Under the pieces are notes generated by a model that made no database searches, was not told where the DNA came from, and saw only the letters and a list, made by a program, of their open reading frames with translations. Shown here in pieces: positions 9,473-18,989 of a stretch of 64,000 nt of DNA (the first letter of the stretch is position 1; each line of letters opens with the position of its first letter). This stretch comes from Nanobdellati archaeon (GTDB lineage Archaea > EX4484-52 > GLR71): positions 195,232-259,231 of the forward strand of contig JAHYJR010000001.1 in the NCBI GenBank assembly GCA_019429005.1, given 5' to 3'. The position numbers and the translations under genes are program-made.

Positions 9473-9757
9473 TCACTTAAGCTTTTTCATCACTTTTTCA
9501 AAATCTTTAGCATATTCAGAACCTTTTTCAGTCAGTTTTATGTATTTTATACGACCTACTTTTTCAAAAGAAACAATACCTTTTTTCATGAAAAGCTCAA
9601 GTATCTTTACTGTATGTGAATATGTGCAATCTGTTATTTTTGCAAGTGTTGATGCATATACACTTTCATTCTTAATACGTAATGCTAATAGTATTTGAAC
9701 GGGTTTTGCGTGTAAAAAGAGATCACATAATTCTTCATTTTCTTTAACCATATTCAA
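9473..9757 (-). CDS. Winged-helix transcriptional regulator (ArsR/TrmB-like fold)
   Basis: 94 aa. YASTLAKITDCTYSHTVKILELFMKKGIV...GRIKYIKLTEKG is a typical HTH plus wing. Confidence 0.55.
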   Translation of the reverse strand: MNMVKENEELCDLFLHAKPVQILLALRIKNESVYASTLAKITDCTYSHTVKILELFMKKGIVSFEKVGRIKYIKLTEKGSEYAKDFEKVMKKLK

Positions 9758-9867
9758 ACCACCATTAGATAATTGTTAGTATTCTTACTATAAATATCTT
9801 TTTGATTTGATGTATATATACCTGCTGTTAAATATATATTGTTGTACAGTTGTTCGGCAATTGACTT

Positions 9868-10308
9868 TTAATCAATATAATGCGAATCCAATTCCTTTGT
9901 TTTAACATTTGGTAGTTGGAATGGTGGTGGAAGATTAATCTGTGTTGCATTTATAAGTGCTGTTACAGATGCTTTTGCAAGAATGTTATTAAGTATAGGG
10001 ATTATTATTTTTTTATCGATTTTTTTATCTGTTGTCCAGGTTTTAATAATATCTTCTGTTCCTTTTTCATATATAACACGTCCTCTTATTTTAATACCTG
10101 CAATTTCGCTATCATCTAATATATATGTTGTTATATGTTCAAAAAAGACAATAGCATTATATTCATTTATTGTGCTTTTAGAATTAGTATCTTTCTTTAT
10201 AATTGGTTTGACATCAACAATATTAGCATGACTATTAATTTTTATGTTGCCTTTGATATCTCTTTTTTTCCCACAATTTATGCTATCTATGAATGTTTTT
10301 AGGATCAT
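9868..10308 (-). CDS. Hypothetical protein
   Basis: 146 aa, no recognised motifs. Start overlaps the stop of the upstream 60-aa ORF (ATGA), which suggests translational coupling. Confidence 0.4.
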   Translation of the reverse strand: MILKTFIDSINCGKKRDIKGNIKINSHANIVDVKPIIKKDTNSKSTINEYNAIVFFEHITTYILDDSEIAGIKIRGRVIYEKGTEDIIKTWTTDKKIDKKIIIPILNNILAKASVTALINATQINLPPPFQLPNVKTKELDSHYID

Positions 10309-10487
10309 TGTGTATCTACCTTTGATTTTTTATTTTTTTCAATCTCTTGAACAACCTTTGCCATATCAAAGCTGCCACGTTTTCCAAGGTATCTAATGAC
10401 TTTCTGTTTGGATGTTTTGTTTTCCCACGTGTTCTCTACAAGATACCAATACTCATGACCTTTTATAATTTTTTTTCTAATAAACAT
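10305..10487 (-). pseudogene. 60-aa ORF resembling the N-terminal motif of IS1634/IS4-family transposases (possible remnant)
   Basis: KGHEYWYLVENTWENKTSKQKVIRYLGKRG recalls the K-G-x-x-Y-x-Y-L-V-E-S-x-R-x-x-G-K-x-x-Q-x-x-x-x-Y-L-G signature at IS1634 transposase N-termini. Recognised from memory, not searched. Confidence 0.25.
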
Positions 10488-10536
10488 TGGGGGTCTATAT
10501 CTCCAATATACTTTATATTTTAGATTATTGCCTATT

Positions 10537-10764
10537 TTAGATAATTGCGTGGTATTTCAGTATGACAAATGCGATATATATTATCAATGTGAACATAAAC
10601 ACAAGTTCAATAATTTCTGAAATATTAAGTTCATTTAGACTTTTTTGAATCTTATTTTGCGTTTTTTCAACTTTTTTAACACTTTTGATTATTTCTACAG
10701 CCTTTGGCTTAGTTGTTTTTACAACGTTATTTTTTGTAGTTTTTGCAGTTTTTTTAACAGCCAT
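10537..10764 (-). CDS. Small Lys-rich protein with C-terminal transmembrane helix
   Basis: 75 aa. Basic N-terminal half (KKTAKTTKNNVVKTTKPK), then a hydrophobic C-terminal helix. Confidence 0.35.
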   Translation of the reverse strand: MAVKKTAKTTKNNVVKTTKPKAVEIIKSVKKVEKTQNKIQKSLNELNISEIIELVFMFTLIIYIAFVILKYHAII

Positions 10765-10868
10765 GTAAACACCAATTCTATTTAGATTTTATCTGTATTT
10801 AAGTTTATCTCTATTATTGTTTTTTAGAAAAAAAGGATTATGGAACTATTAAACTAAAAATAGTTCCT

Positions 10869-11537
10869 TTATTTTTTAAGTGATTCTTTTATCATACTAA
10901 TTAATGTTTTATCTAGTTTTTGAGGTTTACCAAGTACAGAACCATATATTTTGTCAAGTTCTTTATATTTTTCATCACAAATGTCTATAATTGTGGTAAG
11001 TGTTTCAACATAAGTCTTTAACGTTCTCCCATTATGTTTGTTATTTATATTTTTTTGAAATTCTGTTGTGTTTGCGAGTATACCCATAAGCATATTTTTT
11101 GCAATGAATTTACGTGATTCTAAAAGGTATACGGTTTTATCAACGTATTCATCAATATTTTTTATAACAACATCTTTATCTTCATAATGCTCGTTTAGAG
11201 TTTCTACAACGTGTGTTTTTATGTTATTTACTGAATCATATATTTGATCTAAAGTCCATAATGTTTTATATTTGTTAGATTCTTGTTTTCCTGTCGCATT
11301 TAAACAACTATAATCAATTACACTATCACTCGCATCAAGACCTTCCTTTTGATATGCTTTTGCGACATTATTACTATATGTAGAACTTTCTTGTGGTCTA
11401 TTATCAAGATATGTTTCAACACTTTTATCAGTAATTTTTTTGATGGCTCGCTCTTTATGCCCTTCAATGTAACCAACTGACATTAATACTGCTGAAACAA
11501 CTGTCAATATAGAGATAGTTAATGTAATAATTTCCAT
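10869..11537 (-). CDS. Hypothetical membrane-anchored protein
   Basis: 222 aa. N-terminal TM helix (ITLTISILTVVSAVLMSVGYI); remainder hydrophilic, no motifs recognised. Confidence 0.45.
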   Translation of the reverse strand: MEIITLTISILTVVSAVLMSVGYIEGHKERAIKKITDKSVETYLDNRPQESSTYSNNVAKAYQKEGLDASDSVIDYSCLNATGKQESNKYKTLWTLDQIYDSVNNIKTHVVETLNEHYEDKDVVIKNIDEYVDKTVYLLESRKFIAKNMLMGILANTTEFQKNINNKHNGRTLKTYVETLTTIIDICDEKYKELDKIYGSVLGKPQKLDKTLISMIKESLKK

Positions 11538-11640
11538 TTAATCCACAGTATAAAATTAGTATTTAGTAGTTTATATATTTTATAGGTGATTTGAACTTGA
11601 AATATCATATATTTATCTTTAAATCTTTTAGAAAAAGGAA

Positions 11641-11713
11641 TAGTCCCGCCAGGATTCGAACCTGGGTCTAGAGATCCAGAGTCTCTTATGCTTGGCCTCT
11701 ACATTACGGGACT
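11641..11713 (-). tRNA. tRNA-Gln (anticodon CUG)
   Basis: Cloverleaf read by hand. Acceptor AGTCCCG/CGGGACT; anticodon stem AGAGA/TCTCT with loop CTCTGGA; T-arm CCAGG-TTCGAAT-CCTGG. CCA not encoded. Confidence 0.85.
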
Positions 11714-11756
11714 TTAGTACGGTAGTTTTATTTACTATAAAAAGTATTAAATAAGT

Positions 11757-12590
11757 ATGGTTATGATTCAAAAATCTGATGGCGTTGTTGAAGCTCTTGA
11801 TATTAAAAAAACAAGACATAGTTGTATTCGCGCAGGTGCAACAGAACAGATGGCTGATGAGATTATGAAGGTTGTTTTATCAAAAATAAATGATGGTGAT
11901 AGTACAAAAAAAATAAGGACTATAATATATGATGAATTACATAAGCGTGAAGATACTTTAGCGCATAGGTATGATCTTAAATATGCACTTTCTAGGCTTG
12001 ACCCTACAACAAGTCAATTTGAGAAATACATAACTAGACTTTTTTCTTATTTCGGTTATGAGACAAAGCATAGTCCCGTACCCAAACCTATGGGTCATTG
12101 CACAGATCACGAAATTGATGTATTTATGAAAAATTCTGAAGGTATAAAATTCATAGAATGTAAGCATCATTTTCATTATTATCGTGATACCGGTCTTGAT
12201 GTGCCAATGCGTGTCTGGGCTAGACTTCAAGATCTTCAAGATGGTTTTAAAAGCGGTCGTAAAAATTCATTTAATTTTAAAGGCGCATGGGTCATCACAA
12301 ACACAAAATTATCAGGGTATGCAATAAGGTATGCAACTTGTAAGAAAATAGAATATCTGGCCTGGAATCAACCTAAAGGTAATGGTTTGAATGATTACAT
12401 TGAAAAAGTGAAGGCCTATCCGTTAACCATAGTACCTTTGAATGATTATGATCGTGTGAAACTTGCTGCTGAAAACATAATAGATATTAAGGATTTTGTT
12501 GCAGCCGACCCTGATAAATTATTAAAATCGGGTATATCAAACGCGAAATCAGAGAAAGTACGTCGTTTTATATATAAATTGACAGAGTGA
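11757..12590 (+). CDS. ATP-cone domain protein fused to an Mrr-like (PD-(D/E)xK) restriction-endonuclease catalytic domain
   Basis: 277 aa. N-terminus VMIQKSDGVVEALDIKKTRHSCIRAG fits the ATP-cone consensus VIKRDG..E.F...KI. Central region FEKYITRLFSYFGYET...D-HEIDVF...ECKH fits Mrr_cat D...(D/E)xD...(E/Q)CK. Confidence 0.6.
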   Translation: MVMIQKSDGVVEALDIKKTRHSCIRAGATEQMADEIMKVVLSKINDGDSTKKIRTIIYDELHKREDTLAHRYDLKYALSRLDPTTSQFEKYITRLFSYFGYETKHSPVPKPMGHCTDHEIDVFMKNSEGIKFIECKHHFHYYRDTGLDVPMRVWARLQDLQDGFKSGRKNSFNFKGAWVITNTKLSGYAIRYATCKKIEYLAWNQPKGNGLNDYIEKVKAYPLTIVPLNDYDRVKLAAENIIDIKDFVAADPDKLLKSGISNAKSEKVRRFIYKLTE

Positions 12591-12595
12591 TGTAA

Positions 12596-12624
12596 AAGGG
12601 TCTGGTTTTTAATTTTAGACCCTT
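12596..12624. terminator. Hairpin AAGGGTCT-N13-AGACCCTT between convergent genes
   Basis: 8-bp perfect inverted repeat seen directly, followed by T-rich tracts on both strands. Confidence 0.4.
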
Positions 12625-12642
12625 GCACATACTCAATTAAAA

Positions 12643-12966
12643 TTATTTATATTTATGCCGAGTGGAATGATTTTCCATATACTCCATTAGTTGTGATATA
12701 ACAGTTTTATTTGGCTTTTTTAAAAGTAATTCTTGTGTTTTTGCTGTTTTTCCAATGTATTTATTAATGTCTTCAATGGTTATGTTTGTATCTGCCATGG
12801 CTTCTGATATTTCTGTAAGTTTATCACGAAGATCATCTGTTCTAGTTATTTTTGTTAGGTCTAGGGAATTTAATGCTAGATAGGTTTCTGCAAACAGCTC
12901 AGGTCTCGTGTATACCGTACCTTTAGAACTTGTAACATTCTCAGGCAAGTCCTGTACAAAATCCAT
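12643..12966 (-). CDS. Hypothetical protein
   Basis: 107 aa, acidic, no motifs recognised. Confidence 0.35.
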   Translation of the reverse strand: MDFVQDLPENVTSSKGTVYTRPELFAETYLALNSLDLTKITRTDDLRDKLTEISEAMADTNITIEDINKYIGKTAKTQELLLKKPNKTVISQLMEYMENHSTRHKYK

Positions 12967-13126
12967 GATGTTCTTTATAATCTTGTGTTTTTGTGTATCT
13001 ATATCTAAAACTCTTTAATCAAAAATATCTACCGTATATAACCTATTGATAACACCGTTTAAATAAATACTGATGTTTAGCTGCAGAATCCCAAAACTTT
13101 AAAAAATCCCCTTGTGAATTATATAT

Positions 13127-13600
13127 ATGGCTAAACATAAGAAAAAATCTGAAAGTTCAAATGGTAAATTTACATTGATTGTTATTGCTATATTCATATT
13201 ATCTACTGTTGGCTCAATTATGCTATCCTCACCAGCAAATACAGGGACTGAAATCGCGTATCCCGAATCTGCTGTTATCGACAGGCAGTTTACACAAGGC
13301 GAATTTACAGCAATAAGACAAAGTGGTCTTGTAGCAATCATTTTTTCATCAGATATTTGTATTGAAAACTGTGATCTTATGCTTATGGACCTTGAGCGTA
13401 CTGTACAGAAATATTCTCCATATGTGTTTATGTCAAGAACCTATAATGCATCTGCACCAATAACGCTTATAAGTTATTCTGCTATAGAAGAATTTGAGAC
13501 TTTTAATCAAACTGTTATTGATGAAGTAATATGTCAATCGCTATATATTGACCCTGCAGAAAAATCAAAATATTGTCTTCCTTTAGCATTTAAGCAATAG
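13127..13600 (+). CDS. Hypothetical membrane-anchored protein
   Basis: 157 aa. Basic N-terminus followed by a TM helix (FTLIVIAIFILSTVGSIML). Overlaps the 3' end of alaS by 18 nt on the opposite strand. Confidence 0.35.
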   Translation: MAKHKKKSESSNGKFTLIVIAIFILSTVGSIMLSSPANTGTEIAYPESAVIDRQFTQGEFTAIRQSGLVAIIFSSDICIENCDLMLMDLERTVQKYSPYVFMSRTYNASAPITLISYSAIEEFETFNQTVIDEVICQSLYIDPAEKSKYCLPLAFKQ

Positions 13601-16225
13601 GTTTTCAGTATCTTTAATTTCTTTTTTGAATCGTTTTATAGTATTTATCAGAACGTCTTTTTGAACTTTTATAAGGGTGCATATTGTAGATATCATTTCA
13701 TCATCAGATAAATCTGTTTTTTGATTTTCTGTTGATTCATATTCTCTTTTTGCTTTATCTATTTGGATTTTTATTGTCGCTCTAAGCTGTACTGCTTTAT
13801 CTTTATCAGTTGTTTCAATGTGACTGGCATAGCCAAGAATGTTCTTTACTTTATTTACAGATTTCCAGTAATTAAAAAGGTGTTTTGTTGCATCTAATGT
13901 TTCCATTTTGTCTTTAACACCAATCTCTTTTACATATTCTTCAAGCATATTACTTGTGTCTGTTATGTTATCTTCAACACTATTTCCCGCCACAAATTCA
14001 ATTCTTACGATACCATCTTGTATCTTTTTTGTGCCTAAAATCTTGATCTTTCCAATATCCTTTGTATTTGTGCAGTGTATACCGCCACAAGCTTCAGCAT
14101 CATATTTTCCGACTTCAACAATTCGAATGATTTTTCCAGGTGGTGCACCGCCTTGATATATTCTAAAACCATGTTTTTCTTCAGCATCCTGTCGTGACAT
14201 AAACTGTGTTTTAATTGGTATTGCCTCATAAATTATTTTATTTGCTGTATCTTCAATCTGTTTTAGCTCTTCAGCACTGATTTTTTTATAATGCGTAATA
14301 TCTAGACGTGATTTTTTAATACCTTTATTCGCACCACCCTGCCAGACGTGGTCACCAAGAACTAGTTTTGCACTTGCACCTAGAATATGTGTTGCTGAGT
14401 GCATCTGTGCTAAAGTCTTACGTCGCACAGCATTAATAACACCTACAACTTGTGCGTTTAAGCTAAAGCTTTTAATGTCCTCAACTTCATGCAAAACAAC
14501 ATCTTGTACTTTTTCAACATTTATGACTTTTTTATCATTTAATGTTCCGCTATCGTATGGCTGACCACCACCTGTCGGATAAAACAATGTTTTATCTAAA
14601 ACAAGCCACTTGTTATCTATTATATCTATGATTTTTCCACTAAATTCCATTTTTTCAGGTGATTCGTAATAAAGCATATCTGTTTTATCAATACCTTTGA
14701 CATCAACTGTAACTTTTTTAGTTCTAAGTGGTGCTTTCTGATGTTTTTCAGACAATTTTGAATAGAATTCTCCAGGGATTTTGATTTCAAGATGTTTAGT
14801 TCTTGCAACATTTTCAATAAGTTCTGGTGTAATTCCTTGAGATTCGTAAAGTGTCATAAGTGTATTTTTATCAAATTTATTTTTTTTGTCAATCATCGTA
14901 TTGATGATTCTTTTTGCGTTTGTCAATGTTTTTGTATACTTGCTTTTTTCACTTTCAACAATCTTTTTCATGTTTTCAATATTATCTTCAAGCTCAGGGA
15001 ACATAGGTTTTAAGTATTTAGCATGACCTTGTGCAATATCCATAAGTTCAAAATCCCATGCATTCCTGTTTATGAAATCAAGAGATCTTCGCAATAATAC
15101 CCGTAAATTATAACCACCACCAACATTAGATGGTATGCCACCATCCGTTGTTGCAAAAAGAAGTGTTCTTGCATGGTCTGCTACCGCATAAAGGTTTTGT
15201 AATGGCTCAAAATCATCTTTCATTTCTTTGACAGTCACACCAACATGTTTTGCAGCATTTGCCATTGCTTTGTTTATGTCTTGAACCTCGTCTAGGTTAA
15301 GGGATCCTGCAATTTTTGAATATTTAGCAAATTTTTCTTCATTGACTTTAATCCCTGTCGATTTTTTCATTTTGTTTGTAACGGGACCAAAAAGAGAATC
15401 ATATGATGCTGAAGTTCCATTTGAGAACCATACTAATCTTTCAAGCCCCCATCCGACATCTACAACCTTTGTATCAAGTTGTTCATAACCAGCACCATTA
15501 TTATTTTTTTGGAACTGCATAAATACCGAATTGACAAGTTCAAGGCCTCTTGAGAATGTTTCAATACAAGGTCCGAATGCAGAAAAATCAGGCATTGCCC
15601 AGATATCTTCAATGTATACAAGTTCTTTTTCAGGTATACCCATTGCCTTTGTTAAGAAATTAAAATTAAGGTCTATGCATCTGTCTTTAAAATATCCAGT
15701 TTCAGGATATCCAAAAGCATGTTGTCCTGCCATAACAAAAGAAGTTAAATGTCGTCCTGTTACACCAACATTGGGTATGTCTGGGAATCTTAAGCATACT
15801 TGCGGTACAACTAGTGGATTTGCAGGGTATTCAAAGCTCATCTTTCCATTATCAAGTCTTTGAAAATCTTGTATTGATGCAATTGTAAAATATAAGTCAG
15901 GTCTCCATCTGTCTACAACAGGATACCGTGGTATTGATGTATGTCCATTTTTTTTGAAGAATTTCTCAAAAAGTTTCCATGTTTCAATATAATCCCATTT
16001 TTGTTTTGTTATGGTGTCTCCAATAAAATCATAATCTTGACATGGTGTATCTGCACAATATTTTCTTTCAGTATCAAGTGTCCAAAATACTTTACTACAT
16101 TTTGAGCATGTTTTTCGCACAAAACCTCTCTCTTTGAATAGTTCAATCTGGTAATGTTTTTTCCAGTCTTTTGAAAATTCATTTTTAAGGTCTTTTTTGG
16201 TAAGCATAAGATAACACCAATTCAA
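13583..16225 (-). CDS. alaS: Alanine--tRNA ligase (archaeal type)
   Basis: 880 aa. Archaeal AlaRS N-terminus with CSKCSK zinc motif, HSATH editing-domain motif, C-terminal DHHA1-like region. Confidence 0.93.
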   Translation of the reverse strand: MNWCYLMLTKKDLKNEFSKDWKKHYQIELFKERGFVRKTCSKCSKVFWTLDTERKYCADTPCQDYDFIGDTITKQKWDYIETWKLFEKFFKKNGHTSIPRYPVVDRWRPDLYFTIASIQDFQRLDNGKMSFEYPANPLVVPQVCLRFPDIPNVGVTGRHLTSFVMAGQHAFGYPETGYFKDRCIDLNFNFLTKAMGIPEKELVYIEDIWAMPDFSAFGPCIETFSRGLELVNSVFMQFQKNNNGAGYEQLDTKVVDVGWGLERLVWFSNGTSASYDSLFGPVTNKMKKSTGIKVNEEKFAKYSKIAGSLNLDEVQDINKAMANAAKHVGVTVKEMKDDFEPLQNLYAVADHARTLLFATTDGGIPSNVGGGYNLRVLLRRSLDFINRNAWDFELMDIAQGHAKYLKPMFPELEDNIENMKKIVESEKSKYTKTLTNAKRIINTMIDKKNKFDKNTLMTLYESQGITPELIENVARTKHLEIKIPGEFYSKLSEKHQKAPLRTKKVTVDVKGIDKTDMLYYESPEKMEFSGKIIDIIDNKWLVLDKTLFYPTGGGQPYDSGTLNDKKVINVEKVQDVVLHEVEDIKSFSLNAQVVGVINAVRRKTLAQMHSATHILGASAKLVLGDHVWQGGANKGIKKSRLDITHYKKISAEELKQIEDTANKIIYEAIPIKTQFMSRQDAEEKHGFRIYQGGAPPGKIIRIVEVGKYDAEACGGIHCTNTKDIGKIKILGTKKIQDGIVRIEFVAGNSVEDNITDTSNMLEEYVKEIGVKDKMETLDATKHLFNYWKSVNKVKNILGYASHIETTDKDKAVQLRATIKIQIDKAKREYESTENQKTDLSDDEMISTICTLIKVQKDVLINTIKRFKKEIKDTENLLLKC

Positions 16226-16298
16226 TATTTAGATTTCGGTATTAAGTTATTTAACTTTATCTAAGTTAGGCACTAATAAATTTTTAAGGTTTATCAAA

Positions 16299-16841
16299 CT
16301 AATTTTTAACAAATTTTTCAAAGATATCTTTATTTTTAACTTCAGGATGGAACATAAGGCCATAGATATCTTTTGTTTTATGTTTTATAGCATGGACACA
16401 ATTCTTTGATTCCGCTAAAATATCAAAGTTTGTTGAGGGTATTACTGAATAACTATGAAGGCTGTATGCATTAAATTTTCCAGAAAACAAAGAATTTTTC
16501 TTTTTTGTATTAACTTCAACAAGACCAATTTCTGTGCAAGGCTTAAGGGTTGAGCCAAATACGAGCGCGATAATTTCCATACCTGCACAGATTCCAAGCA
16601 TAGGTTTATCGTAATTGGTTATCCAACTGAATTTATCAATATCATCAATAAATCTGTTATCTTTAAGATTTGCTCCAGATAGAATTATTTTATCTGTTTT
16701 ATCTATATCTTTGTCCTTTATTTCAGAATACTGTAGGACCCTAAAATCCGTTTTATCTTTTATTACAGACACAATAGGCTGAATAAATTCATAAGCTTCT
16801 AAAGAATCTTTTTTATGGTTCATATCAACAATCAATATCAT
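16299..16841 (-). CDS. Class I glutamine amidotransferase (GMP synthase subunit A-like)
   Basis: 180 aa. Catalytic GICAGME (nucleophile Cys) and LMFHPEV (His-Glu) motifs. Confidence 0.7.
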   Translation of the reverse strand: MILIVDMNHKKDSLEAYEFIQPIVSVIKDKTDFRVLQYSEIKDKDIDKTDKIILSGANLKDNRFIDDIDKFSWITNYDKPMLGICAGMEIIALVFGSTLKPCTEIGLVEVNTKKKNSLFSGKFNAYSLHSYSVIPSTNFDILAESKNCVHAIKHKTKDIYGLMFHPEVKNKDIFEKFVKN

Positions 16842-17539
16842 TTATCAACCAGCTCCACAGATTTGATTATGAATATGCCCGAATTGTCTTTTGCGTTTTT
16901 TTCAAAGTCTGTAAGTACTATTCGTTTCTTGAAGAACGGTGCATCAAGAACGGTGGTCTCAAGTTCACCACCTTCACCTGCAGGATTTATTTCATATTTG
17001 GCTTGTAATACAACAAGCTTTGCTATAATATTTTTATCTATTTTTTGCCCTAGCCAACTTTCGTCTAGAGGATATGCAAAGATACCAGAAATAATTATAT
17101 TGTATTTATTTTCAACAAGTTCATTTAGAAGTTCTACCTGATCTTTCATCCAGAGCGGATTTATGCATTTCAAGTTTAACTTATCACATATAATCTCTAT
17201 CCTTTTTGATTGATAAACAGATTGTATTGTGCCAGTTACGATTCCATTTAACTTGTATATTTTTTTTGCTTTTTTTATCGCATTCTCAAGATCTTCTAGT
17301 TCTTTTTCTTTTATACCTTCAGTTTCGACTTTTAAAAGTGGGATACCTATTGCTTCAGCTTGAAGGTCTGTAATATGGATGTTTGGCGTATGAAACATAT
17401 AGCTTTCCTTATTTTTTGAGACAATTGCTATAAGACATACTACTGTTTCTTTTTTCATAGCTATATCTAACGCATATGTTGAATCCTTGCCACCTGAAAA
17501 CAGAACACCGAGTTTCATAAGATAATAATTGATAGGCAA
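16838..17539 (-). CDS. PP-loop ATPase of the MJ0570/Dph6 family (diphthine--ammonia ligase-like)
   Basis: MKLGVLFSGGKDSTYAL PP-loop; about 225 aa with EGGE motif. Likely true start at 17518 (MKLG...). Confidence 0.65.
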   Translation of the reverse strand: MPINYYLMKLGVLFSGGKDSTYALDIAMKKETVVCLIAIVSKNKESYMFHTPNIHITDLQAEAIGIPLLKVETEGIKEKELEDLENAIKKAKKIYKLNGIVTGTIQSVYQSKRIEIICDKLNLKCINPLWMKDQVELLNELVENKYNIIISGIFAYPLDESWLGQKIDKNIIAKLVVLQAKYEINPAGEGGELETTVLDAPFFKKRIVLTDFEKNAKDNSGIFIIKSVELVDK

Positions 17540-17659
17540 TCATTTAATCTTTTTTGTTAATGTTGCTCAGTTTGGTTTAGAAATGAACTCTTAGAAAAAA
17601 ATTGTTAAAAAAAAATAAAATAAAGATGACAAACAAAGTTGTCATCTAAAGTGATGTAT

Positions 17660-17950
17660 TTAACCGAAAAGTGCTCCAAGTCCAGCTGCTGCTTCTTCAG
17701 GTTTCTTTTCTTCTACTTTAGCTTCTACTTTAGCTTCAGCCACAGGTGCTGCTGCTGTAGGTGCTGCTGTAGCGACTGCTGAAGTTTTAATAGCATCTTC
17801 TATATCAACACTTTCAAGTGCTGCTACAAGAGCTTTAATTCTAGAATCGTCTGCTTTTACACCAGCTGCGTCAAGAACTTTCTTAACTGCTGCTTCATCA
17901 ACTTTATTTCCAGATGCATGTAATAACATTGCTGCGTATATATATTCCAT
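17660..17950 (-). CDS. rpl12: 50S ribosomal protein P1 (L12)
   Basis: 96 aa. Ala-rich hinge and conserved C-terminus GLGALFG. Confidence 0.9.
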   Translation of the reverse strand: MEYIYAAMLLHASGNKVDEAAVKKVLDAAGVKADDSRIKALVAALESVDIEDAIKTSAVATAAPTAAAPVAEAKVEAKVEEKKPEEAAAGLGALFG

Positions 17951-18006
17951 TTATTTCTCCTCCTTTTTTAAATTATCTTATAATTATTCTTTGGTTGAAT
18001 ATGTTT

Positions 18007-18975
18007 TTAACCGAAAAGTGCTCCAAGACCTACTGTTACATCTTCAGGTTTATCTTCTTCGTGTTTTTCTTCTTTTTTCTCTTCAATTTTTGCTTCTTCA
18101 ATTGGTGCTGCCGTTGCAATTTGTATACCACCCCTTGCATCATCAGGCAATCTTGACGATACAGACATCATCTGTGCATATGCTTTCGGTATAATTGATT
18201 TGATTGTTTCTTTATTTAAAACACCTGAATTTATAGCAAGATTTAATGTATCTGTGTGTGCTTTTCCAATCAGAAGTGCTATTACATCTTTAGTTGGGTA
18301 TGCTGCATTAAATGCAAGATTAAATGACCATTTGTAAGCATTTTGTATGTTTGTTCTATATTCAGCTTGATTAATATCGAGCGTATCTTTCATGAATATG
18401 ATTCCATCTTCATAAGCTGCAACAAGGTTAAGGCTAATCATAACTGGTTTGATTCCAAGTTGCATTAATATGCTAGCAAGTGATGATGAAATCTCGTCTC
18501 CTTCGCTTGCGACTTTTGAATCTTCAGTTATTGTTATTATAGGCCCTTGTATTCTTGCTTTAATTTTTGCCTTTTGAAGTTCACCTATTATAGGACCTGG
18601 TGTCAGTTTTGTATCTCCTTTTGGAATCACTAATTCTTTAGGTGCTTTTTCTCCAGCTTTTAAGTATGTTGCGACTTTACTTTTATTTATTTTTTGAAAT
18701 AATTTGAAAGGGTTTTCATTACTTAATATTATACCTGGATTTTCTATGTTTAGTTTGTTTAATTCAGCTATATTATCTTTTTTAACACCCCCAATAGATC
18801 TTGTAAGTATACATTTTTTTGCGATTTTTATATCTGCTGTACCTCGAAGTTCTTGTCGTATCATGTGTAACTGTGCAGCTGGTAATTTATGCAGATCAAC
18901 CATACCAATAATCTTATGATTAGATATAGCTTTCTTAATCTTTTCAGTTTCTTTGATTTTCCATTCTTGTACCAT
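18007..18975 (-). CDS. rplP0: 50S ribosomal protein uL10 (P0)
   Basis: 322 aa. Acidic tail ending GLGALFG. Position upstream of P1 in the conserved L11-L1-L10-L12 operon. Confidence 0.9.
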   Translation of the reverse strand: MVQEWKIKETEKIKKAISNHKIIGMVDLHKLPAAQLHMIRQELRGTADIKIAKKCILTRSIGGVKKDNIAELNKLNIENPGIILSNENPFKLFQKINKSKVATYLKAGEKAPKELVIPKGDTKLTPGPIIGELQKAKIKARIQGPIITITEDSKVASEGDEISSSLASILMQLGIKPVMISLNLVAAYEDGIIFMKDTLDINQAEYRTNIQNAYKWSFNLAFNAAYPTKDVIALLIGKAHTDTLNLAINSGVLNKETIKSIIPKAYAQMMSVSSRLPDDARGGIQIATAAPIEEAKIEEKKEEKHEEDKPEDVTVGLGALFG

Positions 18976-18989
18976 TTAGCTCAATCCCT

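Noticed and set aside
17660-17950. Locally higher GC and Ala-rich segment, considered as possible foreign DNA
   Set aside because: It is the Ala/Glu-rich hinge of ribosomal protein P1, which is normal for this gene.
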